DNA of 64,000 nt from a virus (IMGVR_UViG_3300035501_000704:1-64000); one strand, 5' to 3'; shown: positions 50,285 through 62,400, counted from the stretch's first letter. Translations and numbers: made by a program. Notes: generated by a model not told the origin, from the letters alone.

Positions 50285-51262
50285 TTACATTACATGATAA
50301 ATTTTCAAAGACCATGCATTTTCTACAAGGGGTGTACTATTTCTATATACAAAGAAATCACCAGTATTATCAGCGTAAGTTCCATTTAATTTAATCATAG
50401 GTACTGTAATCCCTTCACTTGTAATATACAATACTCTAATGCTTATTGGAACTACAACATAGATATATTCATTATCAGCAGTTTCAATATCAGCTGTAAA
50501 ATTTGTACCATCTGACATATATCTCTTTGCGTTACTTGTACAAAGTTTTACCCAATCGCTACTTGAAAATTCGCTTCTCTCCGACGAACACACATAGCAT
50601 AGATATCTTGTTGTTTCAGATTTAATAGGTAACGCTCCTGCTAAGTTTGGTGTAACTGTAATGCTATATATTTCTTTATTATGGCTTATAGATGTTGTAA
50701 CACTACCTGATGATACTAATGTTTCATCATATAAATTTTGTGGCTCATCATCATCACCAAAATACTTATATATTACTACTTCACTTGCAACTGTTGAACT
50801 ATCACCATTCTTTAAATCAAATGATATGGTTTGAGTATTTGCATCTCTATCATATTCAACGATTAAGTTAGTAACTAACATATATACATTACTCTTTAAT
50901 TCATTTAGAAGATTAAGGCTTTCTTTCAATCTTTTAGCCAATTCTTCAATTGAATCATCAACAGTCTTACATTCAGTTAATATTTCATTCTTAGGTGTAT
51001 ATACGTAAGTTACATCATCACTTGATGTGCTATCAATAGTTAATCCAATTGCATCTGAAACACTCTTATCTTGTTTATCAATTACATCTTGAATTAAATG
51101 GTCAGATGACACACTTATAATCTTATCGTCTGAGTTTTTTAAATATATCTTTTCAAAACCACCTGTAAAATTTAATGCAAGTTCACCTTTAACCATATTT
51201 TCTGCACTTGGCTCTCCAGCTCGCTTACCATTTCTATAGAAAAGTACATGTTTTCTCTCCAT
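50285..51262 (-). CDS. Hypothetical structural protein
   Basis: 325-aa ORF. Confidence 0.5.
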   Translation of the reverse strand: MERKHVLFYRNGKRAGEPSAENMVKGELALNFTGGFEKIYLKNSDDKIISVSSDHLIQDVIDKQDKSVSDAIGLTIDSTSSDDVTYVYTPKNEILTECKTVDDSIEELAKRLKESLNLLNELKSNVYMLVTNLIVEYDRDANTQTISFDLKNGDSSTVASEVVIYKYFGDDDEPQNLYDETLVSSGSVTTSISHNKEIYSITVTPNLAGALPIKSETTRYLCYVCSSERSEFSSSDWVKLCTSNAKRYMSDGTNFTADIETADNEYIYVVVPISIRVLYITSEGITVPMIKLNGTYADNTGDFFVYRNSTPLVENAWSLKIYHVM

Positions 51263-51284
51263 CTAATGCCCTCCTTATTGCTTA

Positions 51285-51602
51285 TTAAAATGTACCTGCA
51301 TCAAGATTAGAACTAATTGTGCCCCCTGAAGACACACCACCATTAGCAACAATATGCTCCAGTTCCTGAATACGAGCATCTTGCTCTTCATTCTTATTAC
51401 CTAATGATTCAATCACACTATCCTGAGATTCATTCTTAACAAGAATCTGTTGAATATGCTCATCTTGAACTGTATTTATAATTGTATTTTGTTCAATTTG
51501 AACATTTTGAGTATTATCAGTTGCTTGTTGTTCCTGAGTAGCACTTGACTTAATAACAGGCGTTGCAGTATCTGAGTAACTATATGAATAAAAAGAGGTC
51601 AT
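51285..51602 (-). CDS. Hypothetical protein
   Basis: 105-aa ORF. Confidence 0.4.
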   Translation of the reverse strand: MTSFYSYSYSDTATPVIKSSATQEQQATDNTQNVQIEQNTIINTVQDEHIQQILVKNESQDSVIESLGNKNEEQDARIQELEHIVANGGVSSGGTISSNLDAGTF

Positions 51603-51620
51603 TGGTTAGTTCTAATTTAA

Positions 51621-52184
51621 TTACAATTTATTTGCTTCTTTGTCCAACTTTTCCAGCAAATCACCATCTTCAACCAAAGATTGCTTCCAATTTAAAAAAG
51701 CATCTCTAATCTTTTGAATAGTTCTTAAATTGCTGTCGGTAAGTTGTAGACCTTGTGACCAGATATAACATCCATCACCAGATGGGTCTTTATATCTGAA
51801 TTGGAATGTTACACCAAGCCCATTTATTTCTCCATTTATTACCAAATCTTGAAGCTTTGAGTAATACTTTAATGCATCATCCTTTAATTTAACATCCCCA
51901 ACAGCTTTCTTAATTGCTGTTTCTTGTGAATTGCGCACACTGCCAAATTGTACATCACCTCTCTTTATCGTAATAACTTTATCTTTATCTCCTTGTGATT
52001 GTTCATCCTCGTTTAACTGGCCTTTATTCGCTAAATCAACAGCCTCATTCATAAGAGTCTTATATTGATTTACAATATTGTCTTTTTCATGAACATTTAT
52101 ATCATCCAAAGATTCAGATAGTGCTGAACGAGTCCTTTTACGAATCTCGTTCAACATTTTTCTGCTATAATCTTGCTCTACCAT
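51621..52184 (-). CDS. Hypothetical protein
   Basis: 187-aa ORF. Confidence 0.45.
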   Translation of the reverse strand: MVEQDYSRKMLNEIRKRTRSALSESLDDINVHEKDNIVNQYKTLMNEAVDLANKGQLNEDEQSQGDKDKVITIKRGDVQFGSVRNSQETAIKKAVGDVKLKDDALKYYSKLQDLVINGEINGLGVTFQFRYKDPSGDGCYIWSQGLQLTDSNLRTIQKIRDAFLNWKQSLVEDGDLLEKLDKEANKL

Positions 52185-52207
52185 TATATCAAATAAACTT
52201 TAATGGA

Positions 52208-52576
52208 TTATATGCTACTTGAGCCATTCCAAGACCATACATAAGTATAGTTCTTCTTAGGTTTTTCTTCTTTCTGTGGTTCAGGAATAACCTCTTCAAT
52301 TTTTTCCTCAACTTTCTCTACTTCAGGAACAATCTCTTCTGTCTTAGATTCAACAGCTTCTTCAATCTTTTCTTCTTCCTTGATTTCAGAAACAGTTTCC
52401 TCTACCTTAGTATCTACAACTTCTTCAGCCTTAGTTTCAGTCTCAATAACTTTAGATTCTTCCTTATTTTCTACAGATTCTTTAGCAATATTTTCTGTAT
52501 TTTCAACGTCTTTTGCTTCTTCTGTAATTATATTTTCATCTTTTACAAGATTTTCCTTGTTTTTTGATTTAGCCAT
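52208..52576 (-). CDS. Acidic Glu/Lys-rich low-complexity protein
   Basis: Repeated EEK/IEE motifs, 122 aa. Confidence 0.4.
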   Translation of the reverse strand: MAKSKNKENLVKDENIITEEAKDVENTENIAKESVENKEESKVIETETKAEEVVDTKVEETVSEIKEEEKIEEAVESKTEEIVPEVEKVEEKIEEVIPEPQKEEKPKKNYTYVWSWNGSSSI

Positions 52577-52621
52577 ATATTATAGTTATTATCAAATTTA
52601 TATGTATACATATTATAAATA

Positions 52622-53389
52622 TTAAGAGAATAGAAATTCAGCTTCTTCTATATCAAAAACTTGCATTCTCATCTCATTTAATGCTCTCATTTTGATTTGT
52701 CTTACTCGCTCAGTGCTTATATTTAATTCAACACTAATCTCTTCAAGACTTTGGCCATCATCGTCTTTTTCTAACCCATAATACTTTTCAACGACAATTC
52801 GCTCTCTCTTTGGAAGTTTTGCAAGTAATTCCTTAACAACAACTTTCTTTTGTTTTTCTTCTTCATCCCTTTCAAGATTATTCAAAATATCATCCTTAAC
52901 GTCCATCATAGATACCTTATAGCCATCATCCTCAACTTGTAAAAGCTCATCACTGGCATCTTGTGGAGTTTCATCATAAACTGGAAATATTTCTTCAAAG
53001 CTAACTTCAGATTCTTTCATTATATTTTTATCCTCAATAGCTTTAATCATCTTCTGTCTAATCCACCATACAGCGTAAGAGAAGAATTTAATGTCTTTGG
53101 ATGGGTCAAATAAATTGAAAGCCTTCAACAATCCTTTATTCCCTTCTGAGATTAAATCAGCAATTGAAACACCTTTCCCTCTATATTTCTTTGCGATATT
53201 AAAAACAAATCGCAAATTTGATGAGAGAATCTTATTTCTTGCTTCGACATTACCTTCCTTTGCCAAAGCCATCAATTCTTTCTCCTTTTCTCTTGTAAGT
53301 GGTTTGCATTTCTGCAAATCCTTAAAATACATTTTTACGCTGTCAGTAAAATCGTTATTACCTACATTCTGGCTATCAACGTTTAACAT
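52622..53389 (-). CDS. Sigma-70 family RNA polymerase sigma factor
   Basis: Region 2: NLRFVFNIAKKYRGKGVSIADLISEGNKGLLKAFNLFDPSKDIKFFSYAVWWIRQ. Region 4: LEEISVELNISTERVRQIKMRALNEMR. Confidence 0.85.
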   Translation of the reverse strand: MLNVDSQNVGNNDFTDSVKMYFKDLQKCKPLTREKEKELMALAKEGNVEARNKILSSNLRFVFNIAKKYRGKGVSIADLISEGNKGLLKAFNLFDPSKDIKFFSYAVWWIRQKMIKAIEDKNIMKESEVSFEEIFPVYDETPQDASDELLQVEDDGYKVSMMDVKDDILNNLERDEEEKQKKVVVKELLAKLPKRERIVVEKYYGLEKDDDGQSLEEISVELNISTERVRQIKMRALNEMRMQVFDIEEAEFLFS

Positions 53390-55788
53390 TAAACATTTAA
53401 TTTTCCTCTATTATAAACATCATTAAGGGAGGATATTCCGTCACTGTTCTTTGTTACTGTAACAATTTGATTACTCCATTCCTTAATTTCATCCAAATGT
53501 GTGATTTGGAATACAAAATCATAATCCTTTGAAATACGTTCAAAAAGAATATTCATCTTGTCATAATTCTCCTTAGCAACTCTTCCCAAAATTTCATCAT
53601 AGATACAGAAATTCAATCTCGGAATATTACTAATATCAGCAAGAACACTTCTTAATGCTAATGCTGTTGCAGTTCTCTCAAAACCACTTGCAGACTTAAT
53701 ATTTGAAGACTGGCCGTTTTTAATAATGTTAAATGCTACTTCATTCTTGTTATTGATTGATACGTTTACATCAAAGTCACAAACATCTTCAAGAATTTGA
53801 GCCAATCTTGCGTTAATAATAGGCAATGTTTTTCTCATTACCATCTTAGAAATACCATTCTTACCAACCATTTCAAGGTATAACTTCCAATTGAATACCA
53901 CCTTTTCTTCTTGATTGATTTTATCGATAATATCATTTCTCTTTACAATCTCATTATTATATTGCTCAGTTAAGTTCTTATTACCAACAAGAACTCTGAT
54001 ATTATTCTCTCTAAGTGTTCGCTTCGTATTGATTTCTGTATCAATATTTCTTACCTTAATATCAATATTATTATTCTTATCAATAGCGTCAGCATTTTTA
54101 TTGTATTCTGCTTCCCTATCAATAAGCTCCTTATATTCAGCTCTTAATTTTTCAAGACTTAATTCAAGAATTGGTTTCTGATTGTTCAACGAATTAAGTT
54201 TGTTATATTTTTCCATATTCTCCTTCATTGAAGTAATCTGATTCTCAATGTTATTCACATTTTCGGTAATCTTCTTACCTTCCTCAATCAAATTATCCAA
54301 TGAATCCTGATTCTCCTTAATTTGCTTTGAATTATCGACATTATCAAGCTTCTTGCCACATGTAGGGCAATATTCACTTGTTTTTAATTGATTTATCAGA
54401 TTCATCAATCTATGGGCCTCAGTTCTTGCGTTCTGCTGTTCTAACATTGCAGACATCTTATCGGCTAACAGTTTATCATACTTTTCAATGGAAAAATCAA
54501 CCTCACCAATGTTGTTTATTTCATTGATAACATTATTAAGCATTTGCTTTTTTTGAACACCTTCATTCTTTTTTGCCTGAATGTTGTTTCTCAATGTTGT
54601 AATATCAATTTTCAATAAATCTTTATCTGTGATTGATTTTGACGCCAATGCCTCTGTCTTTTGATTTTCAAGCTCTTTAATCTCCTTATCAAAGACAGCA
54701 TTATTGTTTTCACTCTTAATGGTACTTTCTTTCAAATTCTCAATTTCAACATTATAGGCTTCAATTTCTTGTTTTAATGTTTCTCTATTGAATTGATTTG
54801 TTAATAAACGAGGTTTAATAGAGCTATTAAAATAATCTCTTGCTAATGTATCCTTTGCTTCAAGAGGGAGCAAGCCAATCCAACGAGAGAATAATCTACC
54901 TCTATCTGTAGGTTTTTCATTGATAAGAGAATCAAGATTACTACCAGTAATACACATCATAAGGTCAAAGTCCTCTTCACGACCAATAGATTCCTTAATA
55001 ATCTTATTTGTTTGACGTGTATCTACACCATTCTCAACTTCAACATAATCTTCAAGGGATTCAAGATTCTCCCCTACTAATCTATAATATTCAACCTTTT
55101 GAGTTACCTTACTCTTAGCACTTCTATTAGACAATTTAGGTCTTGAAAGTGTTCTCTTAATGATATAATTCTCACCTTCAATAACAATACATCCTTCAAC
55201 AGTTACATTTGTAGCTTCAGGAAGATTCTTATTAAAGATTTCATCTTGTGTTTCTACCTTTGTTGATTTACCAAACAATAAGAAATGCAAAAGGTCTACA
55301 GCAAAAGTTGTCTTACCACTTTGATTAGCAGGTTCACCATTTAATAAGACAATACCATTTAAGGTTGTAAAATCAAAGTAATTAGATTCACCGTATGATT
55401 GGAAATTAGAAAACTTAATCCATTTAAGAGAAAACTTTCTAAACTTATCATAAACTTGATAGTCAACCTTTGAGTTAAGTTCCTTATCTATTGAAAGAAT
55501 ATAATCAAAATCATAATTCTTAACATCATTCACTTTAATATATTCCTGAAATAATTTTTCTTGGAATATAGGGTCTTGAATATTATCTATTACATCATTA
55601 GTAATAGATTTATTCTCTCCGTTCTCATCAACTACAATAAAATCAGCACACAATTTAATATTCTCTTTCAAAAGACCATATTTCTTTGCAAATAGCGCAA
55701 TGATTTCTTTAGCCTTTTCAGGAGAATAATCATAAGGAGTTACCTTCCAATGTAACTTTACTTTTCCTTTTTTACTTATTTCAATCAT
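53389..55788 (-). CDS. sbcC: SbcC/Rad50-like recombination ATPase (T4 gp46-like) with an about 120-aa N-terminal extension
   Basis: Walker A GEPANQSGKTT, long coiled coils, and a CPTCG zinc-hook motif. Confidence 0.75.
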   Translation of the reverse strand: MIEISKKGKVKLHWKVTPYDYSPEKAKEIIALFAKKYGLLKENIKLCADFIVVDENGENKSITNDVIDNIQDPIFQEKLFQEYIKVNDVKNYDFDYILSIDKELNSKVDYQVYDKFRKFSLKWIKFSNFQSYGESNYFDFTTLNGIVLLNGEPANQSGKTTFAVDLLHFLLFGKSTKVETQDEIFNKNLPEATNVTVEGCIVIEGENYIIKRTLSRPKLSNRSAKSKVTQKVEYYRLVGENLESLEDYVEVENGVDTRQTNKIIKESIGREEDFDLMMCITGSNLDSLINEKPTDRGRLFSRWIGLLPLEAKDTLARDYFNSSIKPRLLTNQFNRETLKQEIEAYNVEIENLKESTIKSENNNAVFDKEIKELENQKTEALASKSITDKDLLKIDITTLRNNIQAKKNEGVQKKQMLNNVINEINNIGEVDFSIEKYDKLLADKMSAMLEQQNARTEAHRLMNLINQLKTSEYCPTCGKKLDNVDNSKQIKENQDSLDNLIEEGKKITENVNNIENQITSMKENMEKYNKLNSLNNQKPILELSLEKLRAEYKELIDREAEYNKNADAIDKNNNIDIKVRNIDTEINTKRTLRENNIRVLVGNKNLTEQYNNEIVKRNDIIDKINQEEKVVFNWKLYLEMVGKNGISKMVMRKTLPIINARLAQILEDVCDFDVNVSINNKNEVAFNIIKNGQSSNIKSASGFERTATALALRSVLADISNIPRLNFCIYDEILGRVAKENYDKMNILFERISKDYDFVFQITHLDEIKEWSNQIVTVTKNSDGISSLNDVYNRGKLNV

Positions 55789-56041
55789 TTTCTCTGACTT
55801 TAATTTTGTGTTTCTTTACTTCAAGTTTATGACTATCCGTCTTTTCTTTCTTTGATTTGTTTTCTTTGTTTATTTGTATATCTCCTGATTCCCTTTTAAT
55901 ATTATCTCCTGGTGATATACCATATTTTTGAATATTAAACCCGGTTAACAAACACTGTGTCATGAATCCTGCAATGTCCTTTATCTCATTTATATCACAG
56001 TATTCCTTTATTTCTTTCTCTAACAATGCTCTGTTTACCAT
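55781..56041 (-). CDS. Hypothetical small basic protein
   Basis: 86-aa ORF overlapping the sbcC start. Confidence 0.35.
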   Translation of the reverse strand: MVNRALLEKEIKEYCDINEIKDIAGFMTQCLLTGFNIQKYGISPGDNIKRESGDIQINKENKSKKEKTDSHKLEVKKHKIKVREND

Positions 56042-56199
56042 AAAGTTAAAAATTCTGATGCAAATATACTCATTTAGTTTTGTATTTTCAAGTAAAATAG
56101 TAAAAAATATTGAAAAATTATTTTTCTCTTAATTTTTCTTACATTAGCCACTTGAAATTATCATTTAAATTATTATATTTTATATAGAGATATTTTGTT

Positions 56200-56964
56200 A
56201 TGGAAGAAAGTCAAAATAATAGAGAAATAATTATGGGTTTAGATGTAAGTACTGCAACCATTGGTGTATGTATCTTACTTAATGATGGTAGTGATTACGG
56301 AAAAGTCATTGAATTAACTCATATAAACCCAAAAGCAACTAAAAAGAAGATAAATAAGACAGAAGAGTTATTCTTAAAGAAAAAGTGCTTTGAAGAATTT
56401 GTTCAACAATTTATTGAATTTGGAATTACAAAAGTTGTCATTGAAGAACCGCTCCTTTCAAGCAATAATCAAAATACCGTAGCAACATTATTAAGATTTA
56501 ATGGAATGATTAGTGATGTTATCTATAATACATTCAATGTTGTTCCTATTTATATATCTTCTTATGATGCGCGAAAGTATTCTTTCCCTGAATTGATGGC
56601 TATTCGTAAGTTTAATAAGAATGGAGAAAAATATGAACCAAAAAAGATTGTTAAAGCAATTCAAGATTCAAAATATGTTTTATTTGGTTCATATCCTTGG
56701 ACTGTTGATAAAAAGACTGTAATTCAACAAAAGGTAAGTGATATTTTTCAAGAAATTCCTTGGATATATGATAAGAATGGCGAATTGAAAAAAGAGAATT
56801 TTGACGCTTCTGATGCTTGTGTTTGCGCTATTGCTGAAATGAATAAAGAAAAATATGGTGAATATACACCTGAGTCAAAGAATATATCTATCCATGATGA
56901 CAGTGTTGAATATGATACAATTTATTGGGATAAATCAGAACATAGAATTACATATTTAAATTAA
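56200..56964 (+). CDS. RuvC-like Holliday junction resolvase
   Basis: IMGLDVSTATIGVCIL (catalytic Asp), VVIEEPLL (Glu), and C-terminal DASDACVCAIAE (Asp). Confidence 0.65.
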   Translation: MEESQNNREIIMGLDVSTATIGVCILLNDGSDYGKVIELTHINPKATKKKINKTEELFLKKKCFEEFVQQFIEFGITKVVIEEPLLSSNNQNTVATLLRFNGMISDVIYNTFNVVPIYISSYDARKYSFPELMAIRKFNKNGEKYEPKKIVKAIQDSKYVLFGSYPWTVDKKTVIQQKVSDIFQEIPWIYDKNGELKKENFDASDACVCAIAEMNKEKYGEYTPESKNISIHDDSVEYDTIYWDKSEHRITYLN

Positions 56965-57132
56965 AATATATCAAGCAGCATATTATTTCTTGCTGCATTT
57001 ACTTAGGTATTTGCAGCTTTTTTATTTTTTAACACGTGATTTCCTTGATTATTAAGAAAAATATATGTACGTTTGCACACGATATTTAATATCAAAACGT
57101 GATGTAATACAATTTAATATTCTAATTCAGCT

Positions 57133-58152
57133 ATGATTGCTCCTGAAATTCAAAAAATGTATGACATTCTAGTTTGCTTTTTGGGTAAGTCAAAAAATGG
57201 ATTAGATGAATCATATCAGCTACAATTTTCTTGTCCACGATGCCAGTCAAGAGAAGGTATCGGAGAAAAGAATAAGTTTCATCTTGAAGTAAATTTAGCA
57301 AGTGGAATCTTCAATTGTTGGAAATGTTCGAGTATTGATAATAAAATGCATGGTACCATTTTCAAACTAATTAGAATGTATGGTTCTCCTATGTTACTTG
57401 CTGAATATAAGAATTGCATTAGAGAATTTAAGAAAAGTTCTTTATATAAAATAAATTCTAATTCAAATGAACAAATTTTTGATTATGGAGAAGATGATGA
57501 TATCATTGAAAATAAAATTGTATTACCAAATGAATATATTAAATTAGATAAGTCACTTCATCAAGACACTAAAGCATTTAAATACCTTCAAGAAAGGGCT
57601 ATAGATTGGCCTATAATCGAAGATTTTAACATTGGCTTTACAACTTACCATGAAACCAATAAAAAGCTCTCAAATCGCATTATTTTGCCATCATATGATG
57701 AATTTGGAGATGTTAATTACTGGACTGGAAGAGATTTTACAAAGAATCCTAAGAGGCAAAGGTATGATAATGCAAAAGCAGATAGAAAAACTATTATTTT
57801 CAATGAAAATAAGGTTCAATGGAATGCCGATATAACTCTTGTTGAAGGTCCATTTGATAGCATTGTCGTTCCTAATTCAATTCCTTTATTGGGGAAAGCA
57901 TTAAACGAGGATTTTAAGCTATATCATGCCTTATTTGATAATGCAAATGCACATATCAATATATTCCTTGATGGAGATGCAATTGAAACAACAAAAGCTT
58001 TATACAAGACGTTAGATAAAGGAAGATTAAAAAATAGAATTAGATACATCTTTATTCCTGTAGATGAAAGAGAACTTGACCCATCAAAAATCTTTCAATT
58101 ATATGGTAGAAAAGGTATTATTCAATTCATAAATTCAACCCAAAAACTATAA
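57133..58152 (+). CDS. DNA primase (zinc-ribbon plus TOPRIM, DnaG-like)
   Basis: CPRCQS...FNCWKCSS zinc finger and VEGPFDSIV TOPRIM acidic motif. Confidence 0.6.
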   Translation: MIAPEIQKMYDILVCFLGKSKNGLDESYQLQFSCPRCQSREGIGEKNKFHLEVNLASGIFNCWKCSSIDNKMHGTIFKLIRMYGSPMLLAEYKNCIREFKKSSLYKINSNSNEQIFDYGEDDDIIENKIVLPNEYIKLDKSLHQDTKAFKYLQERAIDWPIIEDFNIGFTTYHETNKKLSNRIILPSYDEFGDVNYWTGRDFTKNPKRQRYDNAKADRKTIIFNENKVQWNADITLVEGPFDSIVVPNSIPLLGKALNEDFKLYHALFDNANAHINIFLDGDAIETTKALYKTLDKGRLKNRIRYIFIPVDERELDPSKIFQLYGRKGIIQFINSTQKL

Positions 58153-58158
58153 CAAATA

Positions 58159-58380
58159 ATGAACTTAATAAAAAATTATTTAAAAACAAGAAATCGCTAC
58201 ATATTAAATGAATTTGATTGTAATGGAAGAATAACAAGACCTGTTTTTAGACTTAATTCTCCATACTTAACAATTAGCAATGTAGCCGAGCTTACACCAG
58301 AGCAAATGGATTCATTTGATGAATCAGTTAATATTATTGAAGATGAAAATCATGTTTTATATTATAAACCAACAGAATAA
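58159..58380 (+). CDS. Hypothetical small protein
   Basis: 73-aa ORF whose stop overlaps the sbcD start (TAATG). Confidence 0.35.
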   Translation: MNLIKNYLKTRNRYILNEFDCNGRITRPVFRLNSPYLTISNVAELTPEQMDSFDESVNIIEDENHVLYYKPTE

Positions 58381-59210
58381 TGATTAAGAGAGTATATCAA
58401 ATTGCAGATGTTCATGTGCCAACCTATCAAAAGTTGGATATCTATGCTGAACAATTAGACAAATTAGTAAACAGTATTAAGGAAGATGTTAGTAATAACA
58501 ATTTAAGTAATGATGAGATTAGAATTGTTATTTGCGGTGATTTAGTTCATAGCAAGAACATTGTTACCAATGAATTGTCTGTCTTTGTTTCTACATTTAT
58601 TAGACAATTATCATCCATTTGTAAGGTATTATGTATTGCAGGAAATCATGACCTTATTGAATCAAATTCATCAAGAACTGATACACTTACAGCAATTTTC
58701 CAAACAGCTGAATTTTCCAATGCTGTTTTCCTTGATATGGTATTTGATTATGAAAGTGGAACTGCGTTCGATGATAACATTACATGGGCTTTATATTCAA
58801 TTTATGATGAAATGAATAAACCTGATATTGAATATGCTCGAAATGAACAGCCAGATAACATTGTGATTGGTTTATATCATGGCTCTATTGTTGGTGGAAA
58901 ACTTTATAATGGATTCATTTCTGATGTTGGTAACGACCCAACTACATTCAATGAATGTGATTATGTATTTGCTGGGCATATTCACAAAAGACAGGAAATG
59001 AAAGCTGGAGATTGTGAGATTGTTTATGCAGGTTCTCCTATTCAACAGAATTTCGGAGAATCAATCACTCAACATGGATATGTTATATGGGATATTGAAA
59101 ATAAGACACATGAATATATTGATATCCCATCTGATTTCGGATATTATGATTTCTCCATTACATCTATTGAAGATATCAAAGAAAATAAGGAAGTTTTAAT
59201 CAACTACTAA
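58380..59210 (+). CDS. sbcD: SbcD/Mre11-like metallophosphoesterase nuclease (T4 gp47-like)
   Basis: Calcineurin-fold motifs IADVHV, CGDLVH, IAGNHD and AGHIH. Confidence 0.8.
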   Translation: MIKRVYQIADVHVPTYQKLDIYAEQLDKLVNSIKEDVSNNNLSNDEIRIVICGDLVHSKNIVTNELSVFVSTFIRQLSSICKVLCIAGNHDLIESNSSRTDTLTAIFQTAEFSNAVFLDMVFDYESGTAFDDNITWALYSIYDEMNKPDIEYARNEQPDNIVIGLYHGSIVGGKLYNGFISDVGNDPTTFNECDYVFAGHIHKRQEMKAGDCEIVYAGSPIQQNFGESITQHGYVIWDIENKTHEYIDIPSDFGYYDFSITSIEDIKENKEVLINY

Positions 59211-59422
59211 AATGATTGAAGAAACAACTAAAGAAAAAGAAACCAATCATAAAGAAGATAAAGAAATTCTTAATGATTTCGTTTCAACTATATTGAAAGA
59301 CACTAAACCAATGGATAGTGATTTTTCAAAGTTTATTGATGATAATTTCTTTGATTTAGTATAATTATTAAAAACAAATCCTGATAGATTTTATTTCTAT
59401 CAGGATTCTTCTTTATGTTATA

Positions 59423-62400
59423 TTATTTGTTGTTATCTAAATATTCTTGCATCTTTTCAGCTGCCATCTTTACATATGTTGTACTTGTTCCTTTCTGAAT
59501 AACAAGCGCACTTAAATATATGGAATTTTTAGAGCTTGTATATCTTTCATATATAGTCTTTTCAGTAATGAAACTGTTAATTCTATATTGTTCTGATAAT
59601 GTTCTTGTATAATAATTTTTCATACCTTCTACAATATTAGAACTATATGATTGATAAATATTATAAGCGTCTGCATCTGCAATCCAATCTGATTTACTGA
59701 ATCTACCACTATTTGGGAATGTAATTGTTGAATCAGATTGTAAATCAGCACCATATTCAACCAAATCCCCAGCCCATCCACAAAGGTCTCCAAAACCATT
59801 ATATAAACCATTTACAGCAGCCCAGAAATGAGGCAATTCAAGAACCTCTCCATTAGGTAATGATAAAGTTGATTGTGTTGCAAAATCCTTATACTTTGTA
59901 TCAAGATATGATGTGAAGGTACTATCTAATGTTCCACAAGCAATGGTCCACGTCGTTCCTGTATATGTCTTACTTCTAATGTATTGAGCCATTGCCATAT
60001 CAGTATTTGTAGAAACGTCATAGGTGGATTTATTTGCATCTATATCAGCTCTTAACAGTTGTGCTTGCGCAATATAATTACTGAATTTCGTGCTACCTGA
60101 TTCCCATATACCTTCATCTTTCCAATAGAAATAATTATGCCAAATACCTTCATCACCATCATTATCATTCAATGTATCATAATCATATACCCAATTGAAT
60201 ATATTCATATTTAAATTAACTCTAACGATAGCTGTAGATGGGATTAACTGTTCAACATAAGGCATTACCTTATCCTGAATATACTTAGCTTGTTCTTGGA
60301 ACTCTGTAGAATAGAAATCGTCACCTTTTAAATAAAAATCAATTTCAATTACCTTAGTATTGATAATCTGATTGGTTACACCATCAGCATTTTCTTTTTG
60401 ATTCACAAAATCATAATTTGAATTTCTACTAATAAATTTACTTGAATCTAAATCATATTTTATCTCATTGCCATTTACATCCATTGTAGTCACAAATGAA
60501 TGTACTTTACCATCCTTATTCAAATATTTAAAGTAATTATATCCATTTGATGAAGTTAATCCACTAAAACCAATACTATTTATTTCTTCCATTGTATCAT
60601 CTGGAGTAGTAAAACAATTAGTATTGATTAAATTATTATCATAAGCGTATTTAAACAATCTATCAAATCTTGATATATATTCATAACCATTATCATAAGA
60701 GAAACATCCACTATGAGGATTATTACCTTTATAGTTATCAACAATTGTATTTAATCTAATATATTCAGAATTATTCTTTGTTAATTGAACCCATCCATTA
60801 GAATTCAATCTTCTTGAATAATCCTTATTAGCTAATTTGAAGTAATTTGTTGCAATAGTCTTATCACTATTACAACTTCCACTAATGAATATCTTTGTTC
60901 CAGAGAAAATAGTTTCACTTTCATTTACCTCTTGTGCTCCTAATGTACCCTTTGATACTCTTTTCTTCTTTAATGCACCACCTTCCCATACAGTTATCTC
61001 CAATCCTTTCTCACTATATCCTCTAATATAGAATGGTTCTGTGTCATCAGGCTGATAATATATCTTGATGATAGTTCCATCAACACATTGAGTTAAATCA
61101 TAAGTAACAGTTTCGCCACTATAATTCTTTGTGTCTATATATTGATTGAAATAATAATCACCAATACTCGTTCCAAACAGTTTGACTACAATCTTAAAAT
61201 AATAATAAATATTATTATTTATTACTTCCTGAGCCAATTCATAAATTCTACCACCAATAACAGCATAATTTGTTGATAAGTCAAGGACATAGAATACAAC
61301 ATTATCTTCAAGAACTGAACTTCTCTGACTTAATAATTCAGATAGATTCTTTACTTGTTTTACGTTTCTATATGTTTCCTTATTTGTTTTTCCAATACTA
61401 TTAGGAATCAAAGTTGAACTAACATCAAATGAATAAGGCCAATAATCAAGCCAACCGCCATTCATTTGATAATACATTCCACCATCATAGATACTATCAC
61501 TATCAAAGTTAGGATATAATCGTCTTTCATTGACTTTATTATCATCATCAATGTAACTATCATCAACATCTCTATATGCTATCGGTAATCCTTGGTATGA
61601 TACATATTCACCATTGATATATGTTTGTGTATTGTAAGAAATCTTCTTCTGTGAATTATAAAAATCAATACTATACATATCATGAACGCCATCCCATGAC
61701 TCCTTGATAGGTTCAACAAAAGCTGTATATTCAGTTATATCAAAATCGTATGGCGCTTTATCTTCAATGTTATAATATTTGCTATAATACTTCTCACCAA
61801 CTCTTGTTGTGTTTAAAGCGTCAAACCATCTCTTACTTCTATAGCCAAATAATGATAATAATGATTCAATAGAATCAATTGTTCCTTTCTTTCTTAATAT
61901 ATAACGAGAATTCATTTTTAATCTCTTCATGAACTCATTGTTAATATTAGGAATGGTATATTCAGTTTGATTGCTATAATCCTTAATAATGTTTTTTACA
62001 CTACCATTTTCAACGTAATATTCCGAACTATCATTATCTTCTGGTACAGATAATAATGTTGGTTTTCCATTCACACAAGCCTGATAGAATTCACCTTCAC
62101 TATAACCATAAGGATAAATTATATCTTGATTATTTTCATAGAATGAACGTGTATATGTATTCCCTGTTTGTAATTCATCCCATTGATATCTTTCATCACT
62201 ACCAATGCTTGCATCCTTATTTTCTTTTACTTCATTTCCTTCAGAATCTGTAAATTTCAATTCAAATGGATATATGGTAGTAGTTTCCCAACCATCTAAA
62301 GATAATGCATCAGTTAAAAAATAATCAGGAATATTTGAACGATTGTCATAAGAAATACTATTCACATTTCCAATGGTATCAATATATGATTTCTCATTAT

